From contig CM097884.1 in assembly GCA_044892505.1 (NCBI GenBank), positions 63,302,001 to 63,366,000 of the forward strand: a stretch of 64,000 nt of DNA, written 5' to 3'. The notes beneath the pieces were generated by a model, which worked only from the letters and a program-made list of their open reading frames with translations, did no database searches and had not been told where the DNA came from. Positions 39,363 to 53,548 of the stretch are shown here, one piece after another (within the stretch, counting starts at the first letter, position 1; each line of letters begins with the position of its first letter). Source of the DNA: Schmidtea nova (taxonomy: Eukaryota). Both the position numbers and the translations under genes were made by a program.

Positions 39363-42300
39363 TGACGAAGGTACTACAATAGCCCCCGCCGAAGTACGCG
39401 GAGCGTATGGAAAGGGAGATACGTGATTCAAAAGTCGGAGTGAAATTCGACAAGGTAGTCTGCTAGATACTGTGGAGGATGGCGTATGCATTTTTGTGAA
39501 TGAAGAGTGTGGAACGTTTAGCATGCTGAATGGGTAGAGGGGAGGGGTTTCGGAGCTCGGGTCATATCAAGGGTGTTCGATTAAATCTTCGTCGGATGGG
39601 AGATGAAAGGGAAGCTGATTGTCCTGCTCGCCTAGCACGAAAGCAGGCTTTAGGCGGTTCAGACTTATGATGTGTGGTGTACCATCGATGTCCAGTTGGG
39701 ACGTGTTTTGTATAGTTTTATGACGGGGAAGGATCCTTTATACCGGGGCTTCATGTTAGATGATTCAACCCATTTTAACAAGGCGTGTGAAGCTGAGGTA
39801 AGTGTGTTTCGCATGTATGGTTTGTAAGAGGTTGAGTATGTGAAGGATGGGTTGGAGTCTAAGGCGAGGAAGTGACTGTGGGCCTGGTTTTTCTGTTGTA
39901 ATGACGATTCAAAGTCTGTCTCTATAAGCTTTAATAGCATGCGTGTGTTAAAACCGAACAGTAATTGCGCTGGAGATGCTCCGCTTGAGCGATTGGGTAT
40001 GTTGTGCCATCCTAATAGTACAAATGGCAGCGATTTGGTCCATTCAGAGGAAACTGCGAGGATGCGGAGTGAGGTCTTGATAGTGCGGTGAGCGCGTTCG
40101 ACGAGGCCATTGGTCTGTGGATGGTAAGCAGAAGTTCGTAGATGCTTAATGTTGAGGGCGTATTTTAACAGTTCTGATTCAATAATGGTTGTAGGAATGC
40201 CGTAACGGGAGAACCAGGTAGATGCTAGGTAGTTTGTGACTGTAGGTGCTGTAATATTGGGTATATGTACTGCCTCTAACCAACGCGTCTTACGATATAT
40301 CATGGTGAGAATGAAGGGAAACCCGTCATCAGCTGGGAGAGGTCCTACTAGGTTGATGTGCAGAATGTCGAAGCGAGAGCCGGTGGGAAAAGAGGTGAGC
40401 GGTGGTTTGACGTGCTTGTTTACTTTATGTTGTTGGCAGCCTTGGCACTCGTTTATTCATTGTTTACCATCTTTGAATAGAGCGTACCAGGTGACTTACT
40501 GGCGGAGTAGTACGCATGTGGATTTGATGCCGGGATGGTGCAGGTTATGGACAGAGAAGAACGCTTCTTTGCGGAGTGATTAGTGCAGTATGGTGTGCAG
40601 TTTTTTATAAGATGTGTCGTAATGTACGCGTCGATGAATTTGTGAGAGTCTTTGAATCTGGAGATGTCGGTCTCGGATGGGGTTGTGGAACAGAGGATCT
40701 CCGATGAAAAGAGGGGGGGAAAGGATATTGAATTTACGACTGCACGCGAAAAGCAGTCTGTGTTGACGTTATCTCCTCCTGCCATGTGCTTGATCTCGAA
40801 ATCGAACTAAGATAAAAATGCTAGTTGACGGAACACTTTATTTGACGGATCCTTCATAGTAAGGCAGTGTAGAAGTGGTTTCTGGTCGGTGAAAACGGTG
40901 AAGTGTCTGCCTTCAAGGAAATGCCTGAAATGTTTAATGGAAAGCACCATTGCTAGAAGCTCTCTGTCGAAGGCGCTGTATTTCGTTTCTGTTTGCGAGA
41001 ATTTGCGGGAGTAAAAATTCAACCAGGCGATGAATGCCATCTTTGATTTGGTGAAGAACGGAAAATGCTGCTATGTCTGAGGTGTCGGTGGTGAGGGTAA
41101 ATGGAAGGTCAGTGTGTGGGTAATATAGCGTTGCAATGTTGATCAGGGCCCTTTTAACGGTAGTGAATGCCAAGTCTGTCTTGTCGCACCGGAAATGGTT
41201 CACATACGTCGGCTGTTAGTATATGGCCTAGAAAGTGGACGCGTGGTTTGAAAAACTGGCACTTATTGGGGTTGATCTGTAGGTTGTTCTTGTTCAGGAT
41301 ATCGAATATTTGTAGTAGGTCCTCTGCATGTGAAGACTTATCGGGAGAGGCGACAATTATGTCATCTAGATAGGCTAACGTGTGACTCAGCTGCCGGAAG
41401 GTGGAGTGTCTGTGCGACGTTCCTGAGACAAAACGGCATGAAGAGGTATTCGAAGTTCCGAAGGGGGTCGTGACTACTGTTTTTGGGATATCGTCTGGGT
41501 TAACGGGAAACTGGTGGAATGCTTTGGCTAGGTCGATTGTGGAAAAAACCGTGTTATTGAAAAAGCCTGAAATTAGGTACTCGATAAAGGGCATCGGGTA
41601 AGCATCGTGTACGGAAACGCTTTTCAGTGCGCGGAAATCGCCAAACGGACTGTATGAGCCGTCTTTCTTTGTTACCACGTGGATTGGAGATGACCAATGG
41701 GAGGAGATATGTCGAATAATGCTCTTCTCTTCGAGTTCAGATAATTCGAGTTCCACGGCCTGACGTCTGTTGATTACAAGTGGCCGAGCGAGACCGTGTT
41801 GTGGTGTACAAGGAACGGTGGTGATGAAATGAACTGATTTTTTGATATGGGGGGTGTGTGGTAGACTTGGTCAGGAGATTCGGGAAATGTGCGTCAATGA
41901 CTGGCTCTACATTATCTGCTGTAAATAAATTGTAGTTCGTTGCGCTACTATCGTGGAGACTGGTTCAGGGAGCTGATATATTCGTCTGTTCTTACAGTCA
42001 ATGTTCACTTCTTCGTTCGTTAGGAAATCGAGGCCTAGTATAGGAAATGTGGTATAAGCGATATAGAAGGAGTGCGAGAAATGTTTGGGAAAACCTGGAA
42101 GGCGAAACTCAATTATTCTTGTACCGGAGAGCAGTATGTGAGTGCCGTTCGCCGCTACAGCTGAGGATGAGCAGGGTGTGTCTGCGATGAAGATGGTAAG
42201 TAGTATTGAATATGACGAACCTGTGTCTCTGAGGAACTTTAAGGTGCGTTGCTTGGGCTGACTGTATTCTTCAAACATTTAGGCGTTGATCGTGAAGTTT

Positions 42301-43086
42301 CCGGAAGTTCTGGGTAAGACTAGTGTGGTTAGGTTGTTGGTAAGAGGGGTGACGGGGTGTAGTTTGTGGCGTCTGTGGTAGAATGTGTGTGTAGTCTGTG
42401 TGGGTTTCGTCGTCGGAAAAGGTGAGCAGTGCTTGTGGTATTGTTAGTGGTGTTTTTGATGGTATTGCAAATGCTGCTGCTGGTGTGGATGCTGGTGGTG
42501 CCGTGTGTGGTGTGCTAGGTGATGTCATTTGTTGGTGTTGTTGCTAGTGTTGTGCAAGGTGTGCTGGTTGGTTCTTGTTTTATTCTTGGTGCTTGTATTG
42601 GTATTGGTGGTGGTGTTGTGTGAGAAAATAGTAATGTAGAGCGGCCAGCGGTTGTTTTTGAGATGGTTCTTGCTAGCGCAGTTGATCTAATTTGCGTTGG
42701 ACGTGGTTGGCTGTGAGAAAGAGAATTCACTGGCGGGGAGTCATCGGAGCGTCCAAAAATATCCGATGACTACATTAGTTTTTTGGGGGAATGTAGTCGC
42801 TTGTGTGCCATGTGCATCCGTCAAGGCACGATCTAGCATCGTTCTTGAAAGGGTGAAGATGGATACAAACTGGAAAGGTTGGACTTTGATGTGAGCAACA
42901 TGCTGACATTCAACCAATGCAGCATTTATGTGCATGCTGTCTAAATAAAAGTGTTGAGGTTCCAAGAATCTCAACTTGATGAACTTATATAAATAAATAA
43001 GTCAAAGACTGGTTCTTTTCAAAACTTTATTTAAATTATAATAATTTACAAATTTGATAAAAATTAAACAATTACCTCGCAGATAA

Positions 43087-43090
<4 letters not shown>
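39363..43090 (-). mobile_element. Degenerate Ty3/gypsy LTR retrotransposon (CsRn1-like), flanked by (TA)n tracts
   Basis: P/T-rich gag; protease FLRDTGSS; RT WSSPIHVVTKKDGS...YLDDIIVAS; RNase H YSAFDRELLA...FRHFLEGRHFTVFTDQKPL; integrase TSAYHPQTNGLVERAHRTIK; PPT ggcgggggctat followed by TGTAGT. Confidence 0.9.
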
Positions 43091-43128
<38 letters not shown>

Positions 43129-43974
43129 TTATCAATTTCAACTTATTTTATATATGTATAGATGCGTGTGTGTGTGAATATTTGCAGCTTCCTGAGCTCG
43201 GATGTGTAAATAGGTATGCTCAAATTATGTTGTAATATAAATTTATTGAATTTACAACTCTTCTTTAAGGCTTTTGATTTTTGGGGTGATTTGACTGAGA
43301 AATCAGTCCGTATATATAATAAGATCTTTAATCTCTCTGTCAACACATTTTATTTGCCCATTGTGTTGTTTACTCAGCGAAATTTCCCTTATTTTAAAGT
43401 ACAATACGTAATTCCTATTTTTAGTATCATCCCTTTTCCCAGCATCCCTGAGGTTAATAATTTGGTTTTCTATACTTATTTGATACCTATATCTCGCCAG
43501 TTACCTTAATTTTCATATATATATATTACTTTTAATTATCTTTTATCAGTATTATAATATTTTTTGTTTAAATTGTCATATTTTAATTTTACTTGTTTAT
43601 CATTATATACTTTATAATTCAATCTGTATTATTTTATTATTTATTTATATAAATGAAAGATATGAAATTTATCATATTTTACGAACAATATAATTTTTTG
43701 TCATACGTGGAATATTAAAAATTCAAACCTTCAAAAAACCAGAAGATTTTCATTAGGATTCAGGGACAGGCGGCGGAGTTATTTATGTAGATAAGTTCAA
43801 TTATTATTATAATGCTTTTCTCTATTAGAATTTCAAATAAATATTTTCTTTTTTTTTAAATTTAAATTAAAAAATTCCCAAAATATATTTTGATCGATTG
43901 AACTATTTCTAATAGACAGGAAACGAAATTTTTTCAATTCTTTGCACATAAAATAAACAACGATAATGGATTAT

Positions 43975-44258
43975 AGAATTTCAAAAAGAAATCTCATATT
44001 AAAAATAATATAATTTCGCAAAATAATAATAATGATGACAATGATAATAAAAATAATAATAACAATTATAATAATAATAATAATAATAATAAAAATAAAA
44101 ATAAAAATAATAACAATAATAATATTAATAATAATAACAACATCAATAACAACACCAATAATAATAATAAAAATTAATAATAATAATAATAATAGCAATA
44201 ATAATAATAACAAAAATATAATAATCATAATCATAACAACAACAATAACAATAATAAC

Positions 44259-44295
<37 letters not shown>
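43975..44295. repeat. Degenerate (AAT)n simple repeat
   Basis: Direct inspection; source of the poly-I/L/N ORFs. Confidence 0.9.
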
Positions 44296-44298
<3 letters not shown>

Positions 44299-45239
44299 GT
44301 AATTATATTAACAAAAAAATTTAATTTATTCTATTTGCAAATATTTTATTAAAATTAATGTAATTAATAAAATTAGTTTATTTAATCAGATTGATTGAAT
44401 TTATATTTATCTATTTAGTGATGAATGCTTTTGTAATATTATTTGTTATTTCCCTTGTCTATCTATTTAAAAAAATAACTCAACAAATAAAATCAATTAA
44501 TCATATAACAATATCATCAATTATCAACACCAATAAAGCAAAAGAAAATGTTATCACAATCAAATGTAGTTCATCAAGTCAAATTATTATCATTGTTGGC
44601 CTGGGTTCTGATTGTTGTTATCCACATACACATTTAGTCTGTACTTATTTGCCCCTATTGTATAATTTTCATCTATCTCAAATTTTTCGACTATCTTTCC
44701 TGTATCTAACAAAAGCAAATTAGTGTGGCGCTGTTATTGGATTGCATGTTTTGTGCGCGCGTTGTTAGTAGGTGATTGGGATGTGCCACGGCAACTGGGT
44801 TAATGATATGGGCTGAAGTGTTATTGCTGCCAAGGGTAAATGGAGCCAATAATAATTGCAAATGATTCTGATTGTCCGATGAAATGACAGTAAATTGTGG
44901 TTGAATAGTATGATGTTGAGGCAAGGACACTCCGGGATTGTGAATAATTCTGCTGTAAACGACTTGTTGCGGCTGTGGATGAATCTGATTGATCACATTA
45001 TGTTCGTGAGCTACTGAACTGAGAATTGGATCTTGAATATATTGAACATTCGTTAGGCTATGTTGTGTTATTAACTGTTGCTGGGATATAGGATATGAAA
45101 CGGATCAAAGAGGCAACGAAACTGTGAATTTTGCAATTGTTAAGGGTCAGCATCATTTTATAAATTCTTACATTTTATACATTCTTATATATAGGCCAAA
45201 AAAATTAATTTTCCTTCCTCCGAATACGACTAGCAAAAC

Positions 45240-46062
45240 GCAGCCAATGGATCAAGGTGTTATTTAAAACTTGAAAATGCACTACCGCTCTCGATTACTC
45301 TCTCTTCTTCTCGCAGATCTTGAAGATGGCAAAGAATTTCGAGTGAGCTTTTTGGAAGCTTTGCACACAACGAGATATGCTTAGAATTCTGTAAAGCAGA
45401 TTAACATTGCAAATTGCTTTAGGCACTGCGGATTCAAAATTTCAGATGACTTGTCCTCAATCACTGAAAAGAATATTGAAGAACCGCTCAGGAATAGCAG
45501 TACCAGGTAGGCTGAATAAATAATAGAAATTCTTTATTCCTAATGAGTACAGGAACATATGGAACCGACTTCAACAACTGGGGCTCGTCAAAACCAATGA
45601 CACATTGGCCAGTTACATCGCAGTCGATAATGATGTAGCCACCTATGGCATATTAACGGAAGGATAAATAGCAGCCAAGGTCGTACACAAGAAGAAAGGA
45701 GCTAATGTCGTCGATAAGAGGGATTGTTAAGACGTTGATGATAAACTGTCTATCCCATCATCCAAAGCAGCGCGTGAAGCTTGTATGACCCTCTGTACTT
45801 TTTTGCTCTCTTGTTCTGATGCTCACGCCTCTCTAGAAGAATTAGCCAATATTGAGAATTTTGTAATGAATATGCAAGTGGATCGACAGCGTTTAAGTAA
45901 TGTTTAAGATACCAGAAATGTTTAAGTAATAAATTTTATATAAGAGAGCCTTTGAATATCACTGCTAATATGAATATTAAATTGTAATCGGATAATTCGA
46001 AACTTGGATAATTCGAAGTAAAGTTTTGGCCCCCGGCATTTCAAACTAACGAGGTTTTACTG
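45240..46062 (+). mobile_element. Tigger-family 3' remnant
   Basis: QINIANCFRHCGF C-terminal Tigger motif; terminus ttcaaactaacgaggttttactg followed by TA. Confidence 0.6.
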
Positions 46063-46083
46063 TATATATATTACAATAAATTA

Positions 46084-46122
<39 letters not shown>

Positions 46123-46127
<5 letters not shown>

Positions 46128-46378
46128 AAGGCACTACATGTATATATGTATATAAAGGTTCCTGATATTTACTTTTAATTAGAACAACAAAAATAAAATG
46201 TTATTTAAAGAGAATAAAATTAATACATAAAAGCCTTACGGATCTTCCTCCACCCATTCTCTCTCATCTGCGCAGAGTGAGGCCGGACTTTGGAGTCACT
46301 TTGACAGCATAGGTTCGGACAGTTCAGGAGAATTCGCTCAGAACACGTATGCCCACACTGACTACCTTCTCTGTAACA
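46123..46378 (-). mobile_element. Short LTR-like sequence abutting (TA)n
   Basis: Minus strand TGTTACAG...TGTAGTGCCTTCATCA; the last 16 nt match 39363-39378 at 14 of 16 positions. Confidence 0.4.
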
Positions 46379-46946
46379 ATCTAAGAATATCACAGGATGT
46401 AACAGCTCGAAAGTTCAAGAAACAAAAGATTTAAAAATAAGAAAAATGTTCATTTTAATTTATCCAGTTCGAATGTTTTATAAATCGATAATTCATTGAT
46501 TGAATTTATTTCTACCATAATTAAATAATACATGGACATCCCGGGCATAATCAATGTCAGAATAAAAATGATTTTAGGTCAAGCAAAGCGTCTAGATGAA
46601 CATACTGCAGGATGTCCAAACTAGAGCCGTCTCTTCCAACTAAAATTAAGAGAAAACTTTGGCAGCAAGGTGCCTCATCTTTTCCAATTTTTATCTTCTA
46701 AGTTACTTGTTCAAAAGTGTTTTGAAGATTTGTGTTTTGAAAAACTGTGTTTTTGAAAAACAGTCTTTTTGAACTGACGATGGCAGCTCTATATATGTCA
46801 TTTTCAGGCCATTAAATTAAATTGATGCACTAAAACAAATCGTTCTATAATTTTTCTTTTCGTTTATTTAATTTATTTAAAAGTTAAATACTTTATTTTT
46901 AATAAAATAAAATTTATTTTCATGAATAAAATTTTATCTATTATTT

Positions 46947-47951
46947 TGTTGAGGATAACTAAATAACAAATTTATGAATAAATAAATAAAATTACCTGAG
47001 GGGAAAATCGTCATGACGAAGGAGACGGTTAATGGGAACACGGAAATGAAAACGGAAATGAAAAGAAATGAGAAAGCGGAATCAGCCAAGAAAACAAAAA
47101 CAAAGGTCAGCACTAATTAATTAGAACAAAAGAAAAGGAATTTCAAAATCGGGAAAAACAGAAACAACAACAATGTGCTTATCTCGACAGCTTGTCAGAG
47201 ATAACGAAAACGAAAAGAAAACAGGCCGGAGCGGCAAAAAGAAAAAAAATAGAGAATATATTGATAGCTGTCAAAGATAACTCCGTTGCAGAAAAAGTCG
47301 GGGAATTATGTGGAGGAAAATTGGAAAAGACAGATAAGCTTAAGTGCCACAAATTTGACGAGGCATAAAAAGAGAAAGCACAGCAGAAGCAGTCAGAAGA
47401 TTGTTAGAGAGAACTTTGGAGAGGAGAACATTGTTGTTAAAAATACTTGGAACAGAAGATCGAAGTCAGACGAAACAAAAGACAATACGAAGATATTTAT
47501 TTGGAGAAATTGAAGAGAATCAGGATGAAAATTCAAAACAGAAAACTTAAGGGGAAATTTAAAAAAGAGTTTAAAGGAGAATCAGAAACAAAAGAATAAA
47601 TAGCATGAACCTATTCAGTTAATAACCGAGTAAAGTTCGGCGTAAATCCAAGTACAAACCAAAAAAGATACCCATTAAATTACCAATTGTTATACCCTTC
47701 AGTGGTGAGTGATTGTTTGAACCAAGATTATACGCGAGTGCTATTCCTCACCATCGTGTTGTAGTAAGCACTGCATAATCTGTTGTTAAATTGTTGAATT
47801 TTGGTCACCTCAGTGTAAATTGAAAATATTTGTGATATTCAATAAAGTTTCCAGTGTTAATTGTTATTTGTGGGTCAATTAAAAACACGCTTTGGAATCA
47901 GATATTTGATTGATAACTATTACCATTTCACCAACAACCAATAACCCAACA
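46947..47951 (+). mobile_element. Solo LTR (1005 bp) with 4-bp TSD ATTT
   Basis: TGTTGAGG ... AATAACCCAACA; ATTT at 46943-46946 and 47952-47955; homologous to 8480-9569. Confidence 0.8.
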
Positions 47952-49380
47952 ATTTTAATAAATTTTATTTTCATCAAAATTTGTCCATTTAACATAAATT
48001 TTAAGTATTTTGATTTTAATTTTTACAATTAATTTTTGCATTTATATTTTTAAAATAAAGAAAATTATTTATAAAACTTTTAGAATTTTTATATTTGCTT
48101 AATTCTTTTGCCAGTTTTTTGTTGAATTGTTCTGTTTGTGTTTTTCTCGTGCTTACTTCTCGCGATTTGTTCAATTTAATTTTTTTAATTAATTTTAACT
48201 TATATGTTGCTTATTTTTTTGTTTACTTAATGTTTTTCTCAATTATTTGAGTACACTTCGTACATAGTAGCTGCATGTATTCGCATCTCCTGGTAATGTT
48301 GGAAATCAGCTTTTGACCAAAATTTCTATCGGTCGCCCTTGGATCCACTCGTGACATTCAGTCAATTATAGTTCCGAATCAGTCGGCACTCACTTTTTGC
48401 GAATGTTCGCTCATTTGTTGAAATATCAACGTTACTCTGTAGCGGACAACAAACGTAGTTATTCAATGTTTATATGCCAGGTTATTGGAAGAGAGCTACA
48501 ATCATTAGTTTTCGCACATAACCAATAACTAACCTGTAAGTTAATATTATTTTTATAAAACTAAAAACCTCCGAGGCTTTCTACCACCTTTTTCTGTCTT
48601 TTGATAGATGACCATATTTTTTATATTTTTAAATTATATTTCTGATCGAATTTTTAGTATTTCAAGTGAACTTCCCAAATGAAAGTAGTCACGATTATTT
48701 TCAATGGCATTTATTATCCTGTTTCGTCAATATCTAAAATCATAACCACAATCCAATAAATTTATATATATATATATATTTTTTTTTTCAACTTTCAAAC
48801 ATTTTTTAGGGTATCAAATGATTTACAATCGGTAAATGTACATGGAATACCTGTAAGGTTAATATCATCATAAATATTTTTATAATTAAAAATAATTCAT
48901 CCCATATTAAATCTTCCTCTTTGCAAAACGTAAAAGTTTTAAGTGAAGAATTTTCGGAGATTCTTAGAAAATATAAATTTATAACTTAAAAAATAGAACT
49001 TAGAATGTTATTTCATGATTTTCTCAAACATAAAAAATTATCATCCTCCATCCTAAAATTTTAATAAAATATAGATAAAAATTTTATATGGTGCTTTTGC
49101 CCAATGAAACGGTTAAGGCATCTGAAAGTCTGCATCTGTTTTGTGAGTCCTTATATAGAACAGAAATGAATAACGTACAGGTAGGTGTGCATTTGTACGT
49201 TCGGTGCACTACTCATTTGCAATGGGATTCCGGAAATTATGTTGAATAAAAATAGTAATTTACAAACTAATAATAAAAGTGATCAGAATAAAATATGAAA
49301 TAGAAAATAATGAATGGAAATAAAATAAATTTAAACGATAAAAAGAAAGAAATCGTGGTCAGAAAAAAGCTAATAATTCA

Positions 49381-49887
49381 TTAAAAAATTCGCAATCCGA
49401 ATAAATTTCCGAATGAAATGAGCCAAAGTTTCAAACTGTTTTTCTTGTCAGATTGCAACTGAAACGCGCGAGAAAGTTCGGCAATCGAAGCATTCGTCCG
49501 ACATGGATGCATCGAGAAATATGGCAAACCAAGAAATGGGTGCTCAATTTGTACGAGGTGTTGGAAATATTCCACGTCAAATTTCAGTTGAATCAACAAC
49601 GATCGAAACTGATCTGTTGCGAGTCCGTTTCCGTTTTCAGCTTCAGCTCGAATGTAGAGAACTGGTGCACTAAACGCAATGGAATATCCTATACGATATT
49701 CTATTTTGAATATTTCTGATTCCTCCTTGTTACAACAATTATCCGGTCGTATTAAACAAGTTTTGGTGTAAATTTCGAAAGAAGATTTGCATTTGCTGTG
49801 TTGAATTGAGTACCAGACTTTGGATTTGTCCATTTTTAGGCCTTCATAAAGCTCAGATAGTTCTTTAAAATACAAATCGATATCCAT
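49381..49887 (-). CDS. ATG10: Autophagy E2-like conjugating enzyme Atg10, single exon
   Basis: EYRIGYSIAFSAPVLYIRA and QIEHPFLGLPYFSMHPCRT (catalytic HPC), then LWLISFG.LFGL; first ATG at 49887, open to the stop at 49381. Confidence 0.9.
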   Translation of the reverse strand: MDIDLYFKELSELYEGLKMDKSKVWYSIQHSKCKSSFEIYTKTCLIRPDNCCNKEESEIFKIEYRIGYSIAFSAPVLYIRAEAENGNGLATDQFRSLLIQLKFDVEYFQHLVQIEHPFLGLPYFSMHPCRTNASIAELSRAFQLQSDKKNSLKLWLISFGNLFGLRIF

Positions 49888-51380
49888 TATCAACTAGTTT
49901 AACAATAAAAAATAATTCAATAAAACTATATTTGCATTAAAATAAAAAGCCTAGTAAAGTGATAAATAATGTTATTTTAAAAAATGTAACTTTGATTTTA
50001 GAATATTTAAACAGTTTTTTTGCAATATTTTTTAAATGTATTTTATTAAAATAAATCTTTTATTCTATTAATAATTGCATAAGAATCACTTATTAAAGTA
50101 TTTTATTTAATAATAAAGGCTGCCACTACGCTTGTCGCTGAGTTCTCATGCCGAATATTTTATTCTTAAAAATAATGAACCAAATAAATTGCAAAATATC
50201 TTTAAAACAAATAATAGATACTTATATATTATTTGAGGAATTTTATATTGTTCCGCTATTATGATTATATTTAATATTGGTATTATTATATAATTGGTAA
50301 GACTTCCGAGTTATTTTAAAAATAAAACTTGATTTTAAATTCTATATTTATGTTGGATTGGTAGAATCGAGAATAAATTTTGTTTAAATGCATCAAAAAT
50401 TTAAGGTACAAATAAATAAAAGAATTCAAAGCGCAAGATAATAAATAAAAGCATTAAGGACAAAAATAGCACTGGTGGGTTGTTGACCGTCAATATGACC
50501 TTGACGTTGTTATGGCTCACATCAACAAATCAATATACAAAACATTAGTTAAACCATCTTGTTGCCCGTAAAAATGTAACGTTGGAAATGCAACAAATTG
50601 ATGGATATTCGCAATCAATGAGCGTCGAAAATTCGAAACTATAATTGACCGAACATTTGGGTTCAAGGGATACCAATAGAAGGTTTAATGTCCATTTAGT
50701 CCATTATTCAACGATTTATCTATAAGCATTCAATAAGATTTTAATTGGAAATTCAAAATAAACAATCTACATCAATATAAATTTATTATTACATCAAAAT
50801 GAATCATTTCGAGCATAAAAACACTAACAAATTTACGTAAGGATCCATTTAAAATACACATAACAAATCAATAAACCAGCAAAATTTTAAAAATCATATG
50901 TCACTGCCGTATCATAGTATTCAGGTTATGCAAAATGTGTCCGTGGTTTTACTTCACTAGCCCCTCCGTCAGATCGAGTATCAGATCAATCGATTTGTGA
51001 CGTCTACAGTGAATATTACTTTATTTGTAGCTATTAAAACATTTATTTCAAGCAAGCAAAAGTTATTGATCTCAGAATTGCAAAATTCTTTTTGTATATT
51101 TATTCATACAACATCATTTATCTTCCCATTTGATGACTTTACAACATTTTTTTAGAAAAATACACGATATTCTCATCTAGCTTGCTATTGGATAGTGCCC
51201 ACTATGCAGCCGCGCATGGCATAGACCTTTCGTTTTGTCAGACCATTTACAGTATAATCGATATCGATAGTGTTACCTCGAGACCACATCCGCTTTCCAT
51301 CTCGATCACTGTATATTTTTAAACCTAGGGCTTTGGCACCTTTGAATGGTTTTGGTTCTCAGACCATATTGCTTTAAATG

Positions 51381-53228
51381 CTAAACCACGGTATCTACGT
51401 CGACACGAGAAAGATCCACTACAGTATCATCAATATAGTGTGATGATGCTGTAGCAATCCTTTCATCTTTAGCCAGAACACATCTCAAAATTTTCGACAT
51501 GATTTTGGGAGCGTTACGCAGACCAAACTCCAAACTTGTTACAAAGAATTTTTTACTTTTATATTTAACTGTCTGATATTTCCAGAGATCTTTTCTCCCT
51601 TTAAATTGAAGATATGCTTTTTCAGATCGAGTAACACAATATTTCGACCCATGCGTCTCCATTTCATTTATGTAGATCGACAATCATCGCAATCACCAGT
51701 ATGGCTAACGATATAAAAATTCAGTTCTCGAAGATCCATGACTGGACGAACTTTATTCTTATTTTTTTACACTACAGCCATCAAAGGGGTTATATCAATT
51801 GAAACATTGGTTGTTGATAACAGCCACCCCTTTCAAATCCACTCGTTCAATTCTGATTCATATTTGGCTTTGATTTCTGGTTTCATCTTGTATTCACTGA
51901 TTTTATTTTTAAGAGTATACGAGGTATCTTGTCACTTCCAAGCTACAGTCCACTCAACGCCATTAAAGTTAGCAGTGGAATCAGAATTATCTACTTCCAA
52001 ACTGTCAGTTGCTGAATGATCAACCACCACTGCTGCTACATTCAATTGAATTCCAAAACGAATCCCATTATCAGATATCATCACTCCTTTCAGTGCCATT
52101 ATTGCGTCAAGTCCTAAAATCATATCCACGCCAAGCAATAAAGAATCCATAACTAAACAATTTACCACTATCTCGAATCCTTGGAAATTCACAACAACTC
52201 TTGGTATATTGACACAATTAACTATCCTATCATCAACTGACGTGACTTTGGTCTTCTTCGAAGACTTTCACTTATCCGACATCGGCACAATCGATTGTGA
52301 ATAGCCAGAGTCCACCAGCGCCAATCCCCTCACCCCATCCACAACTACATTAATTAATACATGCGCCATACTAGAATTAAATGAGAAGCTGCTGGCGCAC
52401 CAACTTACCTTTTGTCGTTTTCAACATCATTGTTAGGACAATCATTGTTAGACTTGTGACCGATCTTCCCACAGCTGTAGCACCGAACTTTCTGACGAAC
52501 ACCTGCAATGACCACATTTCTTGACATTAACGCCACGGAATTATGTTCAATTTGCATCATCGACCTTACCTGATGCACAACCTCGTCCATTGTCATTGGT
52601 GTAATTTTGAAACTGGTCCTGAGAAATTCGGCCACCTCTGATGGAAGACCAGTAATAAATGAACATCACAGCGCATCATCCCCATTGATGTTTGTCAACG
52701 AGAGTAATCGACGTAAATCTGCCAGGAAATCGTCTACCGGTTCGTTGCCCTACCGTCTGTTTCGAAACAATTGGAAGGCAGTAAAGCAATCCATTGAATT
52801 TGCACTAATTAGTGCCTTTTCAATACCTCCAAAATCCTTCTTCTGACCTTCGGATAAGTTTTTATATACTGTGAATGCTGCACCATCGAGAAACAAAGGA
52901 ATTATATCAGCGATCTCGTTCCCCTTCTGTAGTCTAGAAACTAACTTCGCCTTCGACAGACATTGAATGACATCTCCATCTCCAGAGAATATCGGAATTG
53001 ATTTTAATTTATCCATTTGGCCTGGATAGCTTGTAGTGAAGTCAAATCTAAATTGATGGACTAACGTTTATTAATCATCAAAATCGCTATTTATAAGTAA
53101 ATACATCTTACGCAATAGTTAAAAGTTGCATAGAAACTACCACCAAGCGATGCATAACTTACATCGCATCCTGTGACTAGTAACGTAATCATTCGGCACT
53201 ACAAGTAATACTCGTGACTACAGTAACA
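51381..53228 (-). mobile_element. Degenerate Ty3/gypsy-like element: 5' LTR (53032-53228), gag, protease, partial RT
   Basis: LTR TGTTACTG...CACTACA; gag IPIFSGDGDV...IIPLFLDGAAF; knuckle CYSCGKIGHKSNNDC; protease ALVDSG; RT FGLRNAPKIM...HYIDD. Confidence 0.8.
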
Positions 53229-53265
53229 ATAAGAATTTAATAATAACCACAACAACAACAACAAC

Positions 53266-53307
<42 letters not shown>

Positions 53308-53319
53308 CATATAATATAA

Positions 53320-53548
53320 TTTGCTATGTAACAATGTCTGTCTGTCCGGATGTAACGTTTTTAAAGGGCGCTGATTGGCCGATTTTTCAATAGGAAAACT
53401 TGCAAATTCTTACACGTGCGTTTGACTATGATTGTCTTGATGACTCAATAGTATTCATCCAAAATTTTATTGAGAACTTTTGAATTTAATTTTTGGTTTA
53501 TAAAATATTTTGAAAACTTTCGTCATTTTTTGATGGCATATCGCTAGT
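53320..53548 (+). mobile_element. Possible non-autonomous Helitron-like repeat
   Basis: tctgtctgtcc microsatellite near the 5' end and a CTAGT end; no clear 3' hairpin. Confidence 0.3.

Noticed and set aside
43971-44352. Poly-I/L/N ORFs on both strands
   Set aside because: Translations of an (AAT)n simple repeat.
44706-45100. Q/H-rich open frame on the minus strand
   Set aside because: No recognisable domain, no convincing donor site and no partner exons; a terminal exon cannot be excluded.
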